This document shows, piece after piece, positions 1-13,096 of a stretch of DNA of 64,000 nt (its first letter is position 1; each line of letters starts with the position of its first letter). Under the pieces are notes generated by a model. It searched no databases, was not told where the DNA came from, and saw only the letters and a list, made by a program, of their open reading frames with translations. Origin of the DNA: Mesotaenium endlicherianum (Eukaryota); NCBI GenBank assembly GCA_009602735.1, contig WELA01003159.1, positions 393,753 to 457,752 of the forward strand, read 5' to 3'. The translations under genes and the position numbers were made by a program.

Positions 1-449
1 CTCCCCCTCCTCCTCCTCCCCCCTTCTTTGCATTCTGCTGCGGCAGGGCCCACACCCTCCTCTCCTCCCTCTGCTTTCCCTCTTCCCTCTTCTCGTCACG
101 GGCATGGGCATGGCCATGAGAAGGGACATGAGGCCTGCGAGAAGCAGGGGGCTGGAAAAGCCTGAGAGAGAGAGAGAGAGAGTGTTGCACTGCCTGCACT
201 GCCTGCTCGGCCTGCTTGGACAGCTGCCCCGCAGATCGGCACGCATGCGCGGCCCACACCAAAACAGCAGCAGCGGCAGTGGCAGCAGCAGTAGCAGGAA
301 GGTGGACACACACGCGTGCGTTGGGGTACGTGACGAAAAGCACGCCCCCCGGTCCCACCCGCCCCCCCACTTGATGCCAAAGAAAGAAAAAATCACATCT
401 CTGTGATCCACATTTCGAGGGCCCCGTGGGCCTGGCGCGCGCCACCTAC

Positions 450-2029
450 CTTCTGCGCGCCTGCGACAGATGGCACGAGGTAGCGCCGCCCAAGGGGCGT
501 GTCGAAGCGTGTGTAGCGCGCCTCCACCTGCCTGCCATGCATGCATGCGAACACGCACACAGCAACAATGAAGCAAGCCCCCCCCCCCNNNNNNNNNNNN
601 NNNNNNNNNNNNNNNNNNNNNNNNNNNNNNNNNNNNNNNNNNNNNNNNNNNNNNCCCCCCCCCCCCCCCCTCTTTCCCGTCATGCGCGCGCGCCTCCAAG
701 GCAGCCGTAAGCAGTGAGTCCTCACGACTCACGATTACCCGTGCCAGCTGACACAGCCCCTGCCGCCTGCAAGGGGGCGGGGGCAAACATGGCCAAAGCG
801 GCAAGCGATGCGGAGCAGGCCGCCGGTAGCAGCCAGCAGCGGCGCCAGCATAGCACGAGCACCACCAGCAGCAGCAGCAGCAGCAGCAGAGACCGGACGG
901 GTGAAGCTCCAACCACTTTTTGACAACCATGCAGAGAGCGCCACACCCTCCTGCCCTTTTCGATGAGGGGACGACCTTCCAGCGGTCGGCTGGCGGCCGC
1001 AGCAGGTCAGGCGCTGACTGGATGACAGGTGTGAGTTTGTGAATTTTTCGACGGGAGTAATATGTGGTACAAGTCCTGACGCCGAGAATGGCAGGGCCGG
1101 ACATAGTCCAGCTCAGCCTGTCGTCATGCTGGCCGGCTGGTTCACGATGGGAGTGAGATAGTTGAGAGCAGTCAAAAGTTCCCCTCTAACAGATCCCTCC
1201 CCGCAAAGCTGCCGCTCGTTCACGGTCAGGGGGCTAGCTTAAGGGAGGCCCCCCCCCCCCCCCCCCCCNNNNNNNNNNCCCCCCCCCCCCCAATCAACAG
1301 AGCTGGGCTGCATTGCCTGCATGGATGCCACCTGTTGCGTGTCTCTGGGGGGAGCGGACTAGCACAGTTGATCAGAGCAGGCCGCTTGGGGGGGCTGCTG
1401 GATTGGTGGAAGTCTGGGCGTTACCAGGTGCCAGAGAGCCAGTCAGGGTAGTACAGCTGCTTGTCCTCCTTCGCCAGCGCCCAGGCGACACCTGGATTGG
1501 ATATCTGTGCGCCCGCCCTCAGATCCTCAGCTATGCTTGGGGCCTTCCCAAACAGCCCTGCTGCGTCAGCGCTGGCGATATTGCCAGCTGTGAGCTGGAG
1601 GACTAGAGCCGCTGCTGCGTGGGAAGAGAGCTGCCTCTTTGTGATGGAGAGTCGCGCTCCTCTCTCCTGAGTGCGCTGAGAGCCGTCACTCTCTGTGTTT
1701 ATGACGTCTGCCAGATCAGCAGACTCGTCATGGGGTGATGCAGGACGTGAGGAAGGGCCGACGAGAGCTGACAGTGATGAAGCGCTGTTCACTGCGAGTC
1801 TGTTATTTCTCAAAGAGCAGTAAGCATCCGGAGGCTCTTGCTTTCGTCTTAGCTGCCTCTGCACATCAGACCAGGCGGGTAGACATGTTTTCTTCTTGGT
1901 ATGAAGAGAATGATGTTTTTGATTCGGAAGAGTTGCAGCCACATGAATCCACGTTTTGTGGCTACTGGTGGCAATGCCAACCCATTGGCTGACAGCTGGT
2001 GCCAACGAGCACTTTGCTTGGAGCATCAT
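450..2029 (-). CDS. 5' part of a spliced gene for a plastid (probably thylakoid-lumen) DUF6816-like protein; exons 2029-1425 and 531-450, continues off the left end
   Basis: ORF 2029-1421 has a Ser/Arg-rich transit-like N-terminus, then KRQL + hydrophobic stretch + ASA, and ends LYYPDWLSGT-TG|GTAAC (donor). The exon at 531-450 (CAG| ... |GTAGG) continues in phase as WQVEARYTRFDTPLGRRYLVPSVAGAQK, resembling the YPxWxxGxW motif recalled for DUF6816. Confidence 0.7.
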
Positions 2030-3023
2030 ATTGCTTTCAGTGCAAAAATAGGTACCAATGTTTATAAGGCTCGCTATTAAACGCTCCCCTAGTCTGTTTT
2101 CTCCTCACATGCTCGAAGTATCAGGCCGGTCCCTATTCAGTATGACGAAGCAAGATTCTGCTTAAAGTTGCTCTCAATGAGCAGGGAACGGCAATTATTC
2201 GACCATCTTAATGGTAAAGAGCACCGTCTTTTGCAGTCCCAAGGCTTCCACACAAGGTACTCGAGTATGTGTACGTAAAGTATAATGCCAACTAGTTTTC
2301 AGTGCCAAGTAGTGCTTCTTGGAGCTGACTGCATCATTACTGTCAATGTTTCACTTGCTGAACTGTCGTGCCTTTTTTGTACTTGTTCGCACTTGTTCGT
2401 TATTGTACAGCTTCCGAGTTCCCGGACGCCTCGCGTGCTTATCGAGTGTGAACATTCCGGTACGATTTCTGTGTTTCTGTCAGATTTTGTGGCCAGTTGT
2501 GGCTGGCTGCGATTTGTCGAGGGGCTTGCTGCAATGCTTGCTGCAGCTTTTTGTGACTCGATCGGGCTCGACCGTACAGCTGGATAGCGACCGTGGAAGT
2601 TCGCACGCAGTGCCACGCAGCTTAATGGCTGAGCTGGTTATTGCACAGCCACATCAGCCCTGCTTCAGCCAAATTCAACGCATTTCAACCGACGTCAGTA
2701 TATTCCAGCGTAACTTACAGCACATCGAGCTTCCAGAACCACAACACCATGCATGCGAACGATTGCAGTCGATGTTCCTCCGCTTCCCCCATGCACCCCG
2801 TCCTTCACACTCGCTTTCACCAGTTATAAGCCCCGATCGCTTCTCTTGTGGTCTTGTTGCAAGTGTGATGTATTAAGCTTCCGCCCATAGTTTCGTATGC
2901 CCTTTGTTCTCTTGCTGAGTGATAAGGGCAGCCTCTATAAGCACTACAAGCTGCACCTTTAGAGTCGCACTTATCCTGTTTTCTCTGAGGAACGAGCAAG
3001 TGGTGAAATAAGTGCAACTTAAG

Positions 3024-6000
3024 ATGGCAGCTCTAATTGCTGGCCAATCTGCGTGTCAAATAATCCACTCTCTTTCAAATCCTTACACGCCTCCGACTAG
3101 GAGAGCTTATGTAGGTATATATCGCTGAATCTTTATAGACTGCGCTCATTGTAAATTATGTGTCCGTCCTCATCTTGGGTGGAAGTGTTGTCGAGCAACA
3201 GTGCTAACTTATCAATAAGTGCTTGTTAATTTGAGTTACCTCCTATTTGTTGCGGCCATCTCATTATGCTGATGTTAGTATCTTAAAGAAGAAGAAGAAT
3301 ATATATTGTGCTTATGTCCTTCTCAACAGAATGGAAGGAGGACCCTTGGCGGAGGAAGTTCTGGTGGGGGATCCCATTCCCCTGTTAAATGGCTAAGTGC
3401 ATCACGATAGACAAGTTTAATTAGTAAAGTGCTTAAGGATGTAAGCAGGTGTCAATAATGAGATTTCAGTTGACTTGTGATTGGTCCTAGAAGGTGGGGC
3501 AGAAGCTGGGTACATGATATCCGCTTTGCTTTGCTTCTGGCAGCATGTGCCGCCCAGACTACATCCTGGAGTACTGCTTGTAACAGATTAGCTCCTGGCT
3601 CAAGCATTCTGCCAAGTTGCGAGAGAAGGCGTGGGAGAATTTCTTCCTTGAGAGCTGTTCAAGAGGACAGTCAGACTCAGACAGCATCTACTGAGCCTGC
3701 TGCTTCTGAAGAGCCCGCAACTATCAGCCTTACCTTCTTGTCGGTGGGTTTTGGATCCCTGACGATGCTTCTCTTTTCTAATTGGTACCAGGTTTTAGCT
3801 GAACCACTTTGCCGGTGCTGTTATTTAGGACTAGCCAACCTCAAGGCTGTTCCTTTTGAGTATCTAAGACATGCTGCTTGCTGCTGAGCTGGTTCTGGTG
3901 CCCTCGTGTCCCAAGGGGTGCAAGAAATTATTTGTCTGTTTTGAGAAAAAAATCACGCTCCTCAATTATCGTACAGTGGTTGTAAACGCATTCTGGGATC
4001 TCGAGAGGTCTGGAGCTGAGCCTGGGACTGGCCGCCGTGAAATCCTGCAACAGAGATGGAGATTGGACTACACCAACAGCTTTCAAAGCCAGGTTAAAGG
4101 AGCTGGAGCAAGGAAGAGCATGGGAATATTGGTGGTGGTTTGGGGGGCACTCAGGGAGAGAGCGNNNNNNNNNNNNNNNNNNNNNNNNNNNNNNNNNNNN
4201 NNNNNNNNNNNNNNNNNNNNNNNNNNNNNNNNNNNNNNNNNNNNNNNNNNNNNNNNNNNNNNNNNNNNNNNNNNNNNNNNNNNNNNNNNNNNNNNNNNNN
4301 NNNNNNNNNNNNNNNNNNNNNNNNNNNNNNNNNNNNNNNNNNNNNNNNNNNNNNNNNNNNNNNNNNNNNNNNNNNNNNNNNNNNNNNNNNNNNNNNNNNN
4401 NNNNNNNNNNNNNNNNNNNNNNNNNNNNNNNNNNNNNNNNNNNNNNNNNNNNNNNNNNNNNNNNNNNNNNNNNNNNNNNNNNNNNNNNNNNNNNNNNNNN
4501 NNNNNNNNNNNNNNNNNNNNNNNNNNNNNNNNNNNNNNNNNNNNNNNNNNNNNNNNNNNNNNNNNNNNNNNNNNNNNNNNNNNNNNNNNNNNNNNNNNNN
4601 NNNNNNNNNNNNNNNNNNNNNNNNNNNNNNNNNNNNNNNNNNNNNNNNNNNNNNNNNNNNNNNNNNNNNNNNNNNNNNNNNNNNNNNNNNNNNNNNNNNN
4701 NNNNGGGGGGGGGGAGGAAAATTAAGGGAGAGAGGGCTTCAACGAAGATACTTGTGCATAACCGTGCAATAGAAAGGCCTCCTTTGGCTTCGGCGTGATT
4801 GACGGGTCAATGAAAGGCTAGAAAGCAGCTGTTCTTTTGTCCTTGGGAAGCTGGCAGCCTCACTCTCTTAAGCCGAAGGAGGATATGACTCCAAGGCAGC
4901 TGAGACGTGACAGGTTCAAGGGCTATGCTTCACGAAGACAAGTGCATGCCCGTGGGGTTTACTTGTTGTTTAAGAGCGAAGTTGCGGGGCAGCTGGGAGC
5001 AAGGTCTCCATTTACTTCAGGTCATGATTCTTGCAAGCAGACTCTGGCATGCTTCTTGGGTTACTACACAGGGCGGGATCATCAGTGAGCGTTCTTTTTC
5101 TGTAAATGGCTACCTGCGAGGGCTAACGGTATTTGTGGGCACTCGCACAGTTAACTCGCTCTCTCTTGGAGCTTTACAAGGCTGCGATGGCAGCAGCTTG
5201 GCAGGGGAAGAAGGGGGAGTGGATGCGGGGCGAGGTGACTGCCCTCTATGCTTCCTCTGGGGGAGGCAGAGTAGGCAGTTACTGGCATACATACATACAT
5301 CAGCATCAGCATGAGTCTGTGCAACCGAGTGTATCCAAATACTGATGAGGCCACTGGCAGCTGTCGAGTGCAGCCGAGTGCAGATGGGGAGCCCAAGGAG
5401 CACGTGACAATTGGCAGCGGGCTGAAGAACCTGAGAAGGCTCATGCTGGACGAGAAGCTCTCTCTCTACGCGGCTTATGTGAGCCATCGATATTTGCCCC
5501 CTAACTATGCCGAGAAGCCCGTGCATTTGTTACTGCAGCAGGCCCGGCGTTACGATCATCAACGCAGAGGAGGAGCCTAGGGCTTTGGCACTTGTCGATT
5601 GAGCAAGCATACCCAGGTCGGCTTGGGCAGAGGGCGTGCTACGAGCCTGGCATTCTCGGTGAAGGGCAGCTGCATCAAGCAGGGCGGGTGTCTAAGTGAA
5701 TAAGCTTCTTGGACGTTCTGCCATCTGGGCATGTGGCCGTAATGCTCTCGTGTATGTCTAGCCGTTCTCCTCAACGTTTGAAAGCCGACGACAGGAGAGT
5801 GTGAGGCATCTCCTTTCCCTCTGGCAGCGCTGGCTAGTCGGCTCAGGGTACCAGGAGTGTTGGAGTGGGAGTTGGGTGATGTATACCTCGTCTCCACCTC
5901 CTGCCTTCCTTCTGTACCTGTACCGGTGCAGTAGTGTGTGTGGAGCATGTTGCCAGCTCTGCACGGCTGCAATTCACCCCATCTGCAGCCCCAGGGCCTT

Positions 6001-8267
6001 TTTGAGTCGATGAGTTGCTCTGAGTGCAGTCGAGCAGGTGAGTGAGTGCCTGAGTGGCGAGAATGGGAGTGGGGATGTCACAGGGCAAGCTGATGAACTG
6101 CGGAGGCGGCGGCAGCTGCGGCACCTGCATGGTGCAGGTACGTGCATCCCTTTCCAAAGCCGGTGCTCCAACTGAGAATTTCACTGTCTGCGACCCGGTC
6201 CGTCGTGTTCGAGGGTTTCTCTCACTGGCTTGGGAAGGCTGCAGGCCGCGAAGGCGTGAGGCGTCTTGGAGGGTGTAGCATCATCTGGCCCTCAATGAGT
6301 GGGTTATGGTCAAGCTTGAAAGATCATTGCAAGCGCTCCCTTGCGCGCACAGCTTCTCCCTGTGAGTTGCAGTCATGAAGCTAGTCGCGTTACTCGGAGT
6401 TAGGTGTACTGCCTTACAACCGTCGCGCTGGCATGTCTCATGGGTGCGTCGACCTTTTTCTCGTGATGCTGCCGCGGGGTGGAATGCTCGGTCCGGATGC
6501 GCTGAGGTGTCACTCTGGTGCTTTATTGCTAGCAGGCTGCAGCTTGACTGTGGCTTGCAGAGGTTGAGTCCATGACATTCTCGGCCTGAAGCACAACGGT
6601 GCAGGCTGCACACTCGTGTGCAGGAAATGCAGGTGCTGGAGGTGTGATAGGTGGGAGATGTGGGCCCATACATGCATCTTCTCTGTTGTCATGCGCCTAC
6701 GGCCGTCTTGGGGGGGAAGGGGGGGTCGATACAGATTCTTGAAGGAGGGGAGCTGTTGAGCGAGCGGACAGATGCTGAGCTGAAGTATCTTGAGAAGAAG
6801 GTGAGCGGGCTCGCCGCGGCTCCGCTGTTGCCCCCTCCGCAAGCTCGCAGTATTCTGGCGGCCTGTGCTGTCTGTTGCGGTAGAGCTGAACCTGTGTACT
6901 GATTCCCTGGAGCAAGAGCAAGAGAGCAAGATGGGCACGGTGGGCTCCAGTACTCCCTGGAGCAAGAGCAGGGGAGAAGAAGATGTTGTCATAGGGCATC
7001 TGTGGCAAAACGTGAATGTGATGACACTCCCCGTTGCCTCTCGTGCTTGCTTCTGCTGGGGCCTGTGGGCGCACCTGACAGTCTCCCTCTGTAGACCAAG
7101 TATGCGATTTTTAACGCTTCCCGATCCTTCCTCCGTACACGACGTGAAGCTTCGGTTCCTAGGAGCCAGATAGCCACGAAGAGCATGCTTCCCCCCCGAC
7201 GCCCTTCAGCACTTTGATGTAGCTTCTCAGCCGATCGTCTCAGCTACTAGGGTGGAAACTGTGTGCCACGGTACTCTCATGTGAATGAGGACCGGGGGAA
7301 AGAGATGCATGCCCGTCATGAACTGCCTCACAATACGGTACCCTTATGTACTATGGACTACAGCCTAACTTAAAATTGCAATTCTTGACCAGATTTCCGC
7401 CTGGTGGCGCGGGGGGGTGGGAGAGGGGTGGGTCAAGAATTTGTTGAGTATGCTGCGTGCTTAAGCCATCGGATGCGTTCCACTGAAAGTTGGGATTCTA
7501 CGTCTCTCAGGGAAGGGGGGTGCATCTTGGTCAAGAGCACGTCTGCATTGGAGCATTCAAGCCGAGAATCGCTTCTTTGGACTCTGTCTATATGTGCTCG
7601 TGGTGACTGATGGTGCCTGGTGCTTGCTTCCCTTTCGGCTGCGTGAGATGCAGAGACCCGACAACTGGAGACTGGCATGCCAGACGATTGTGGGAGACAA
7701 GACCAACTCTGGCAAGGTGAAAGTCATTAAATGCATGTACACGTGGTTGCTCTTTGAGTCATGGTATGGGGGGGGGGGGCAGCTTCTGGCATAGGAAGAA
7801 CGCATAACTTGGTTGATTTTTTTTTGTTCATCACTGGCCAGCCTCGTTGTGGGGAGTCCATCTGCTTTTTGTTGAGCAGTGTGCGTGCGCGCGTGTGCGG
7901 GTGTGTGCACGATGTGTGCGCGCGCTCAGGCTACTACTTAGTAGTAGCAGTGCTCATGTGTATATGGATATTCATAATTTCTGAAGACCAACATGTGGAT
8001 TCGACGTGTAGTGCCATTTATGTGCGATAAGCATTATGTGGGGGTTCCTGGTTTACGAGAGCGAACAATGCTGAGCCACCTGGTTGAAGAGGATCACCCT
8101 TTTTTGCAATCTGACAAATTATCGGATGGTTCCTGGTCAAAATTTTGAGGGAGCTGTAGGGGAGGATGCCTCTATCTACCAGTTCTGAGACTATACTGAC
8201 ATAAAACGTTTGGATTGTTGGCATTCTGCAGGTTATTGTCCAGAGACTGCCCCAGCAGAAGAAGTAG
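3024..8267 (+). CDS. Chloroplast 2Fe-2S ferredoxin-like protein (PnsB3/NDF4-related family), 7 exons: 3024-3114, 3544-3743, 5374-5478, 6084-6137, 6735-6800, 7654-7716, 8232-8267; about 204 aa
   Basis: All junctions are GT-AG and phase-consistent. The spliced product contains GKLMNCGGGGSCGTCMVQ...RLACQTIVGDKTNSGKVIVQRLPQ (four-Cys 2Fe-2S motif) and a transit-peptide-like N-terminus. Confidence 0.9.
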
Positions 8268-9157
8268 GAAGTTTACATTCCATGTACATCTTTCTTGGAA
8301 AAATATTGACGTTTATGGCATTCCTGCGTTCACATGCAAGTCTAATTTTGGATCACAGACTTGCCATGTAGGGTCATTGAGTGGGTCGAGTCTTGCCCTT
8401 GAAGGATAAAATTGACATATTTTTGCTTGCATGGTGGGTGAATTTGTTGCCAGTCATCAATGTTTACTACATTGGACGTCATCATATAGAAAGCGTTGCA
8501 GTGCATCTGAGTCTTGTGCATAGGTTCTTCATCGTGAGTTGCTTATAAGAATTTTGTAAAATATCCAATCTTGTTGATAATATCAAACTTTCCCGGCTCC
8601 CCTTTACGCACATGAACTCCTGTGGACGTCTAAAAGCTGACATCCCCGTGTAACTTTCTCTTATTTCGAGATACGAACAGAAGATTTGAGGTTTGTTAAG
8701 AAGATTTCCTGGCAAAGAAGCACACTGCGAGAGTTGCAAACCAGTGCTTCCAATTTCCAATCATCGATGATGGCACCGAAGTTGGAAAATGGATTGCGAT
8801 ATGTAGTGGAGGAATCTGAAGTGGCCCAATGCGATTCACGGCAGTTCCCTACACATTGAATTACAGGACGCTCCTGCTGCTGACTGTCTCGTACACGGAT
8901 CAAATCAAGTCAAACGACTCACTTTTCGAACCTGCATGAGCTCACCTGAGCTTCCGCGACTTCAATATACATTGTGTAATATACACAACATGCACTCCAT
9001 TCCTCGATTGCTCTTGAGCACATCACAAATACTTCCGCATTCCCAGGATATAAGAATTCTATAAGCATTGCGATCAAAGAGCAAGCTTCGCGTTAATCGT
9101 CCGGCCAATCTGCCAGTATATTTCTTTTCTCTTTGATCACTTTACTTTCTGGGCTCT

Positions 9158-10799
9158 ATGGCGTTAGCGGCAGGCTTAGCGTATTCTCCTTCACACTGCT
9201 TTCCATGCCTGGAAAGCACAATAAATACAAATCAGTCTCGTGTAAGTGTTCGCACTAGACACTTGTGTGGAAGAACGCGAGCGACTCGTGGAAATGGCTT
9301 CCAGTCCTTTAGCGCAGATGTGTCGCACTTGCATAACGGAGCCTTAGAGTCAGTGAAGTCTTGTTTAAGACCCGTAAGCTCAGCTAGAAGATCGATAGTG
9401 CAAAAAGCGTCGAGGCAAGGGGGGCAAACGAACAGGGATGAAGATGGAGTTATTGAGGATATGGAAGTTTTTCTGAAGGACTTGTCGCTGGAGTATGACA
9501 GTGTGTGGGACACGAAGCCGGCCTGGTACACTTACATATTCTTAGTGCTTTGAAATTCTACAAGTTCTGAACCTCGTGTGCATCGTCCCAGAGATGAGCT
9601 CATCCTTCTAAAATTGATGAAGCAACCAAAAGACTCTAGCTTCTGCTAGAGACGGAGGAGGCATCTTCTCCAACGTAGAAAGTTGCAGAGCTATGATAAC
9701 GTCAGCTTCCCGGGAAAACTCGTTCGTGTACGGCATGAAAGCTCTAAGGGCTTAAGGATAGCATGTGCCAAAAAGCATTGTGGGCAGGTAAAAACGTTTG
9801 TGAAGTGTGCTCATGGGGCTTCACTTTCATATCGCGGCACCCCACCCACCAGTATATATACTTTGTCTTTAATCAGTGACTTGACTTGACTGCAACCCAT
9901 GAATGTCATTGCGGACGGCATAGATATTATCAAGCCACAACCTGTCTAATACGTGACTGGACTGCCTTACAGGCAGTACGCATCCATGGAACACTTTCTC
10001 ATAGTTTGGGACCTGTTTATATAAGCCCCTGGCTGCTAGAGGTGCTTTTGGAGTTTGCCATTTAACCTGGGGGGACGTATTGACAGCAGCAGGATCCTGC
10101 CATAACAGGTCCTAACAGTAGAGGGTTTAAGCCACACTCAGCCAGGGTTTTAGTTCTTTCTGCGGTCCCAAACTGGGTTCGCAGCGGTCTGAAAGGGAGA
10201 TTTGCAGTCTGAACGGGGCCCTGCATAACCCATGCTTGTCTCCATCCCCATACCAGGACTACATGTTAGAAATGTCATTTTCTCTGTCGCTAGCTTTTGT
10301 ACCCCATGCTTCAGAAGTAGGAGTATGCAAGAGCACATGCCCCAGGAGTAGCAGGCAAAGCTAGGCAAAGCTTGTCTCGTCCTTCACTGTGAGCTAAGTA
10401 CACGTGAGCTCTCTCAGAGGCCCTTTGCAAGCAGGAGGAAGCTTTGAGCTATGTTCGCCTCAAATCAAACCTTCACGTCAGGCTAGCGGACCTGTCAAGT
10501 CCTTGAGGTGGAGCTCGCTGGTGCAACTTACGCCCTTCCTTTGTTCTGTCCCAAGAAGGTTTTTTTTTTTTTAGGAAGCAGTGCTGGGGTTTTCCTGCTT
10601 TGGATGGAAGCTTGTGGCTGTGGATTTCAGCGGTGGCTCTCTCTGCCAGGCTTGTAGAGCATCTTAAATGATCCCCCCCCACGCCAATAATACATATTTA
10701 CTCATGTCTTTATTCATTCATTCAGTTCTTCATATACTAATTTCAGTTGTTCTCTATTTATTTACTCATTCGTTCATTTGAGTATCTATTTGTTTATTC

Positions 10800-10846
<47 letters not shown>

Positions 10847-11229
10847 NNNNNNNNNNNNNNNNNNNNNNNNNNNNNNNNNNNNNNNNNNNNNNNNNNNNNN
10901 NNNNNNNNNNNNNNNNNNNNNNNNNNNNNNNNNNNNNNNNNNNNNNNNNNNNNNNNNNNNNNNNNNNNNNNNNNNNNNNNNNNNNNNNNNNNNNNNNNNN
11001 NNNNNNNNNNNNNNNNNNNNNNNNNNNNNNNNNNNNNNNNNNNNNNNNNNNNNNNNNNNNNNNNNNNNNNNNNNNNNNNNNNNNNNNNNNNNNNNNNNNN
11101 NNNNNNNNNNNNNNNNNNNNNNNNNNNNNNNNNNNNNNNNNNNNNNNNNNNNNNNNNNNNNNNNNNNNNNNNNNNNNNNNNNNNNNNNNNNNNNNNNNNN
11201 NNNNNNNNNNNNNNNNNNNNNNNNNNNNN

Positions 11230-11297
<68 letters not shown>

Positions 11298-12552
11298 GCG
11301 CGCGCGCGCGCATGCGTAGTGCACGTGTGCCTGTAAGTACGTGCTTTCACATGCATGCGTTTGCTCACGCTATGTGCTCCCATGTGCGTCTTGACTAAGC
11401 CTGCTTCGCTCGATGGCAGTGAGCTTGGCATATGTGGGCAGGCCACCCTTTCTTGTCTGTCACAACTGTGCGCTGCTGATGCTAGTCTGTGATCGGCTGG
11501 CAAGGGCAACACACAGGCTCCCCACTGATGCATAGCACACCGGCCCTTAATGTTGCCACTTGGCGGCACGGTGTGCGCGCAGGTGCCAGCCGTGGACCAT
11601 TCTGTTGACCGGCGCGTCGGGCGTGGCGGGCTCCTGGCTGGTGCTGCACAGCTTCATCCTCACCGGCCTCGTCTCCCTCACTGTGGGCCTCTGGTGGTTT
11701 GTGTTCCTCCTCGCCTACCCTCAGGTACTCCCCTCGCTCGGTGCCGCCGCACCCGCTGCCACCCGCCTCTCGTGTTACGACGCTTTGCCCGCTGCCGTCG
11801 GATGGTGTAGTCTGCTGAGTCTGCTGGCATCCACTACATCCAACATGTGTGGAGTTCTTTCGCCTCCTACGAGGCTTGGCCCCGTGGGCCGCCGGGCTGA
11901 GCCCAGGGTAGGCTCTCTCTCGCACTGAAGCTACTGAAGGAAGCATGAGGAAGCATGAGGAAGCCATCGGCTTTCTTGCCCCCTCCCGCTCGACAATTAT
12001 CAAATTGGCTGTGGCTGCATGACGAGGCGTCGAGTGAATGCTGGTGGAGGTGCAGGAGTGCAGCCCCACAAGCTGTCCAAGCCATTTCTCTTCCACTCAA
12101 TACGCGCCGTTAAGGAGGAGGCTTCTGATATAACGGCAGGCACTGGATGAATGCGCTTAGTGGTTGCCACTCACTGACTTGTGGTGCACTTCCTGGTGCT
12201 CCCTGATGCACCTAAAACGACCCCAGGCTCGCAGATGTCTGTGGGCAAGATGTAGCTAGGGCGCATGAAGGCGGCTGGTCTGGCTGGCCGGTGCGTGCCG
12301 GAGGTTCTTCGGCCCTGCTGTGTTTCCTGTGAGCGCGCGCGCTGCCTTGCAGAAGGTCCTTTGGGACACCTGAAAGTGTGCAACGAATGCATGCAAGCTG
12401 TTGTATGCAAACAGGCGGGGATTGCTGCTGGTCTGAAATGCGGTGCATCTACGTTGTTGCAGGCTTACAGCAAGATGATTGCGGAGAGGCGGCAAATGGT
12501 CGTGGACGGGAACATAGATACGTACGGATCGGACGTGAGGGGGCCCCAGTGA
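9158..12552 (+). CDS. Plastid membrane protein, DUF6737-like; exons 9158-9525, 11583-11724, 12463-12552; about 199 aa
   Basis: GT-AG phase-consistent splicing gives transit peptide + EYDSVWDTKPAWCQPWTILLTG, two hydrophobic helices, and YPQAYSKMIAERR, a motif conserved in cyanobacteria and plants. Confidence 0.85.
10803..11311. repeat. (CT)n microsatellite spanning an assembly gap, followed by (CA)n(CG)n
   Basis: Direct reading; lies in intron 1 of the DUF6737-like gene. Confidence 0.95.
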
Positions 12553-13096
12553 GGGCCTCTGCTGTTGTGCTCGACGGTTGTTCCTCTCTATGAGCTTCTT
12601 AAGCCCCGACTTACCTCAAGGTCAAGGTGATGGCACAGCTTGCGGCACAACCATACGGGTGCTCTACTCTTGTCAAGCACGTCTCGTAGTGCCAAGTGTC
12701 AGTGTGGAGCTTTAGAAGCACCTCGTCCAAAGGCACGTGCTCTCATGTCGTTGTTCAAGTTTGCCAAACCTCCCCCCCGACTCCAAAGTAAGGACTTGAT
12801 CGCGTTTGTGTTGAAAGGGACTGCTCACGCTTTGCCCAAGTGGTCTTTGACAAGTCCCTTCGTTGGTCCCATTGATTTCTCGAGGATCATGGCATGGCAC
12901 TTCTCAAGTAGTTCGTACATAGGTCAGCAAGAGATTGCAAATTTATTTCTCTTGGAAAGTGATTGTACACAACGTTGGCGACATTTGGAACTTCGCAAAC
13001 CAAAATTTTGACAGTGTGTGACATTTGACGATTTCACACGGGTAGACGTTCCTCCTTGATTGCCTTCATCTTGCACGTCGGCATCCATGCAGCAGT

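Noticed and set aside
940..1075. Possible additional exon of the DUF6816-like gene
   Set aside because: Exon 531-450 continues the motif directly in phase; this segment has no family resemblance.
3871..4798. Long ORFs spanning N gaps (also 10747-11569)
   Set aside because: Artefacts of gaps and microsatellites.
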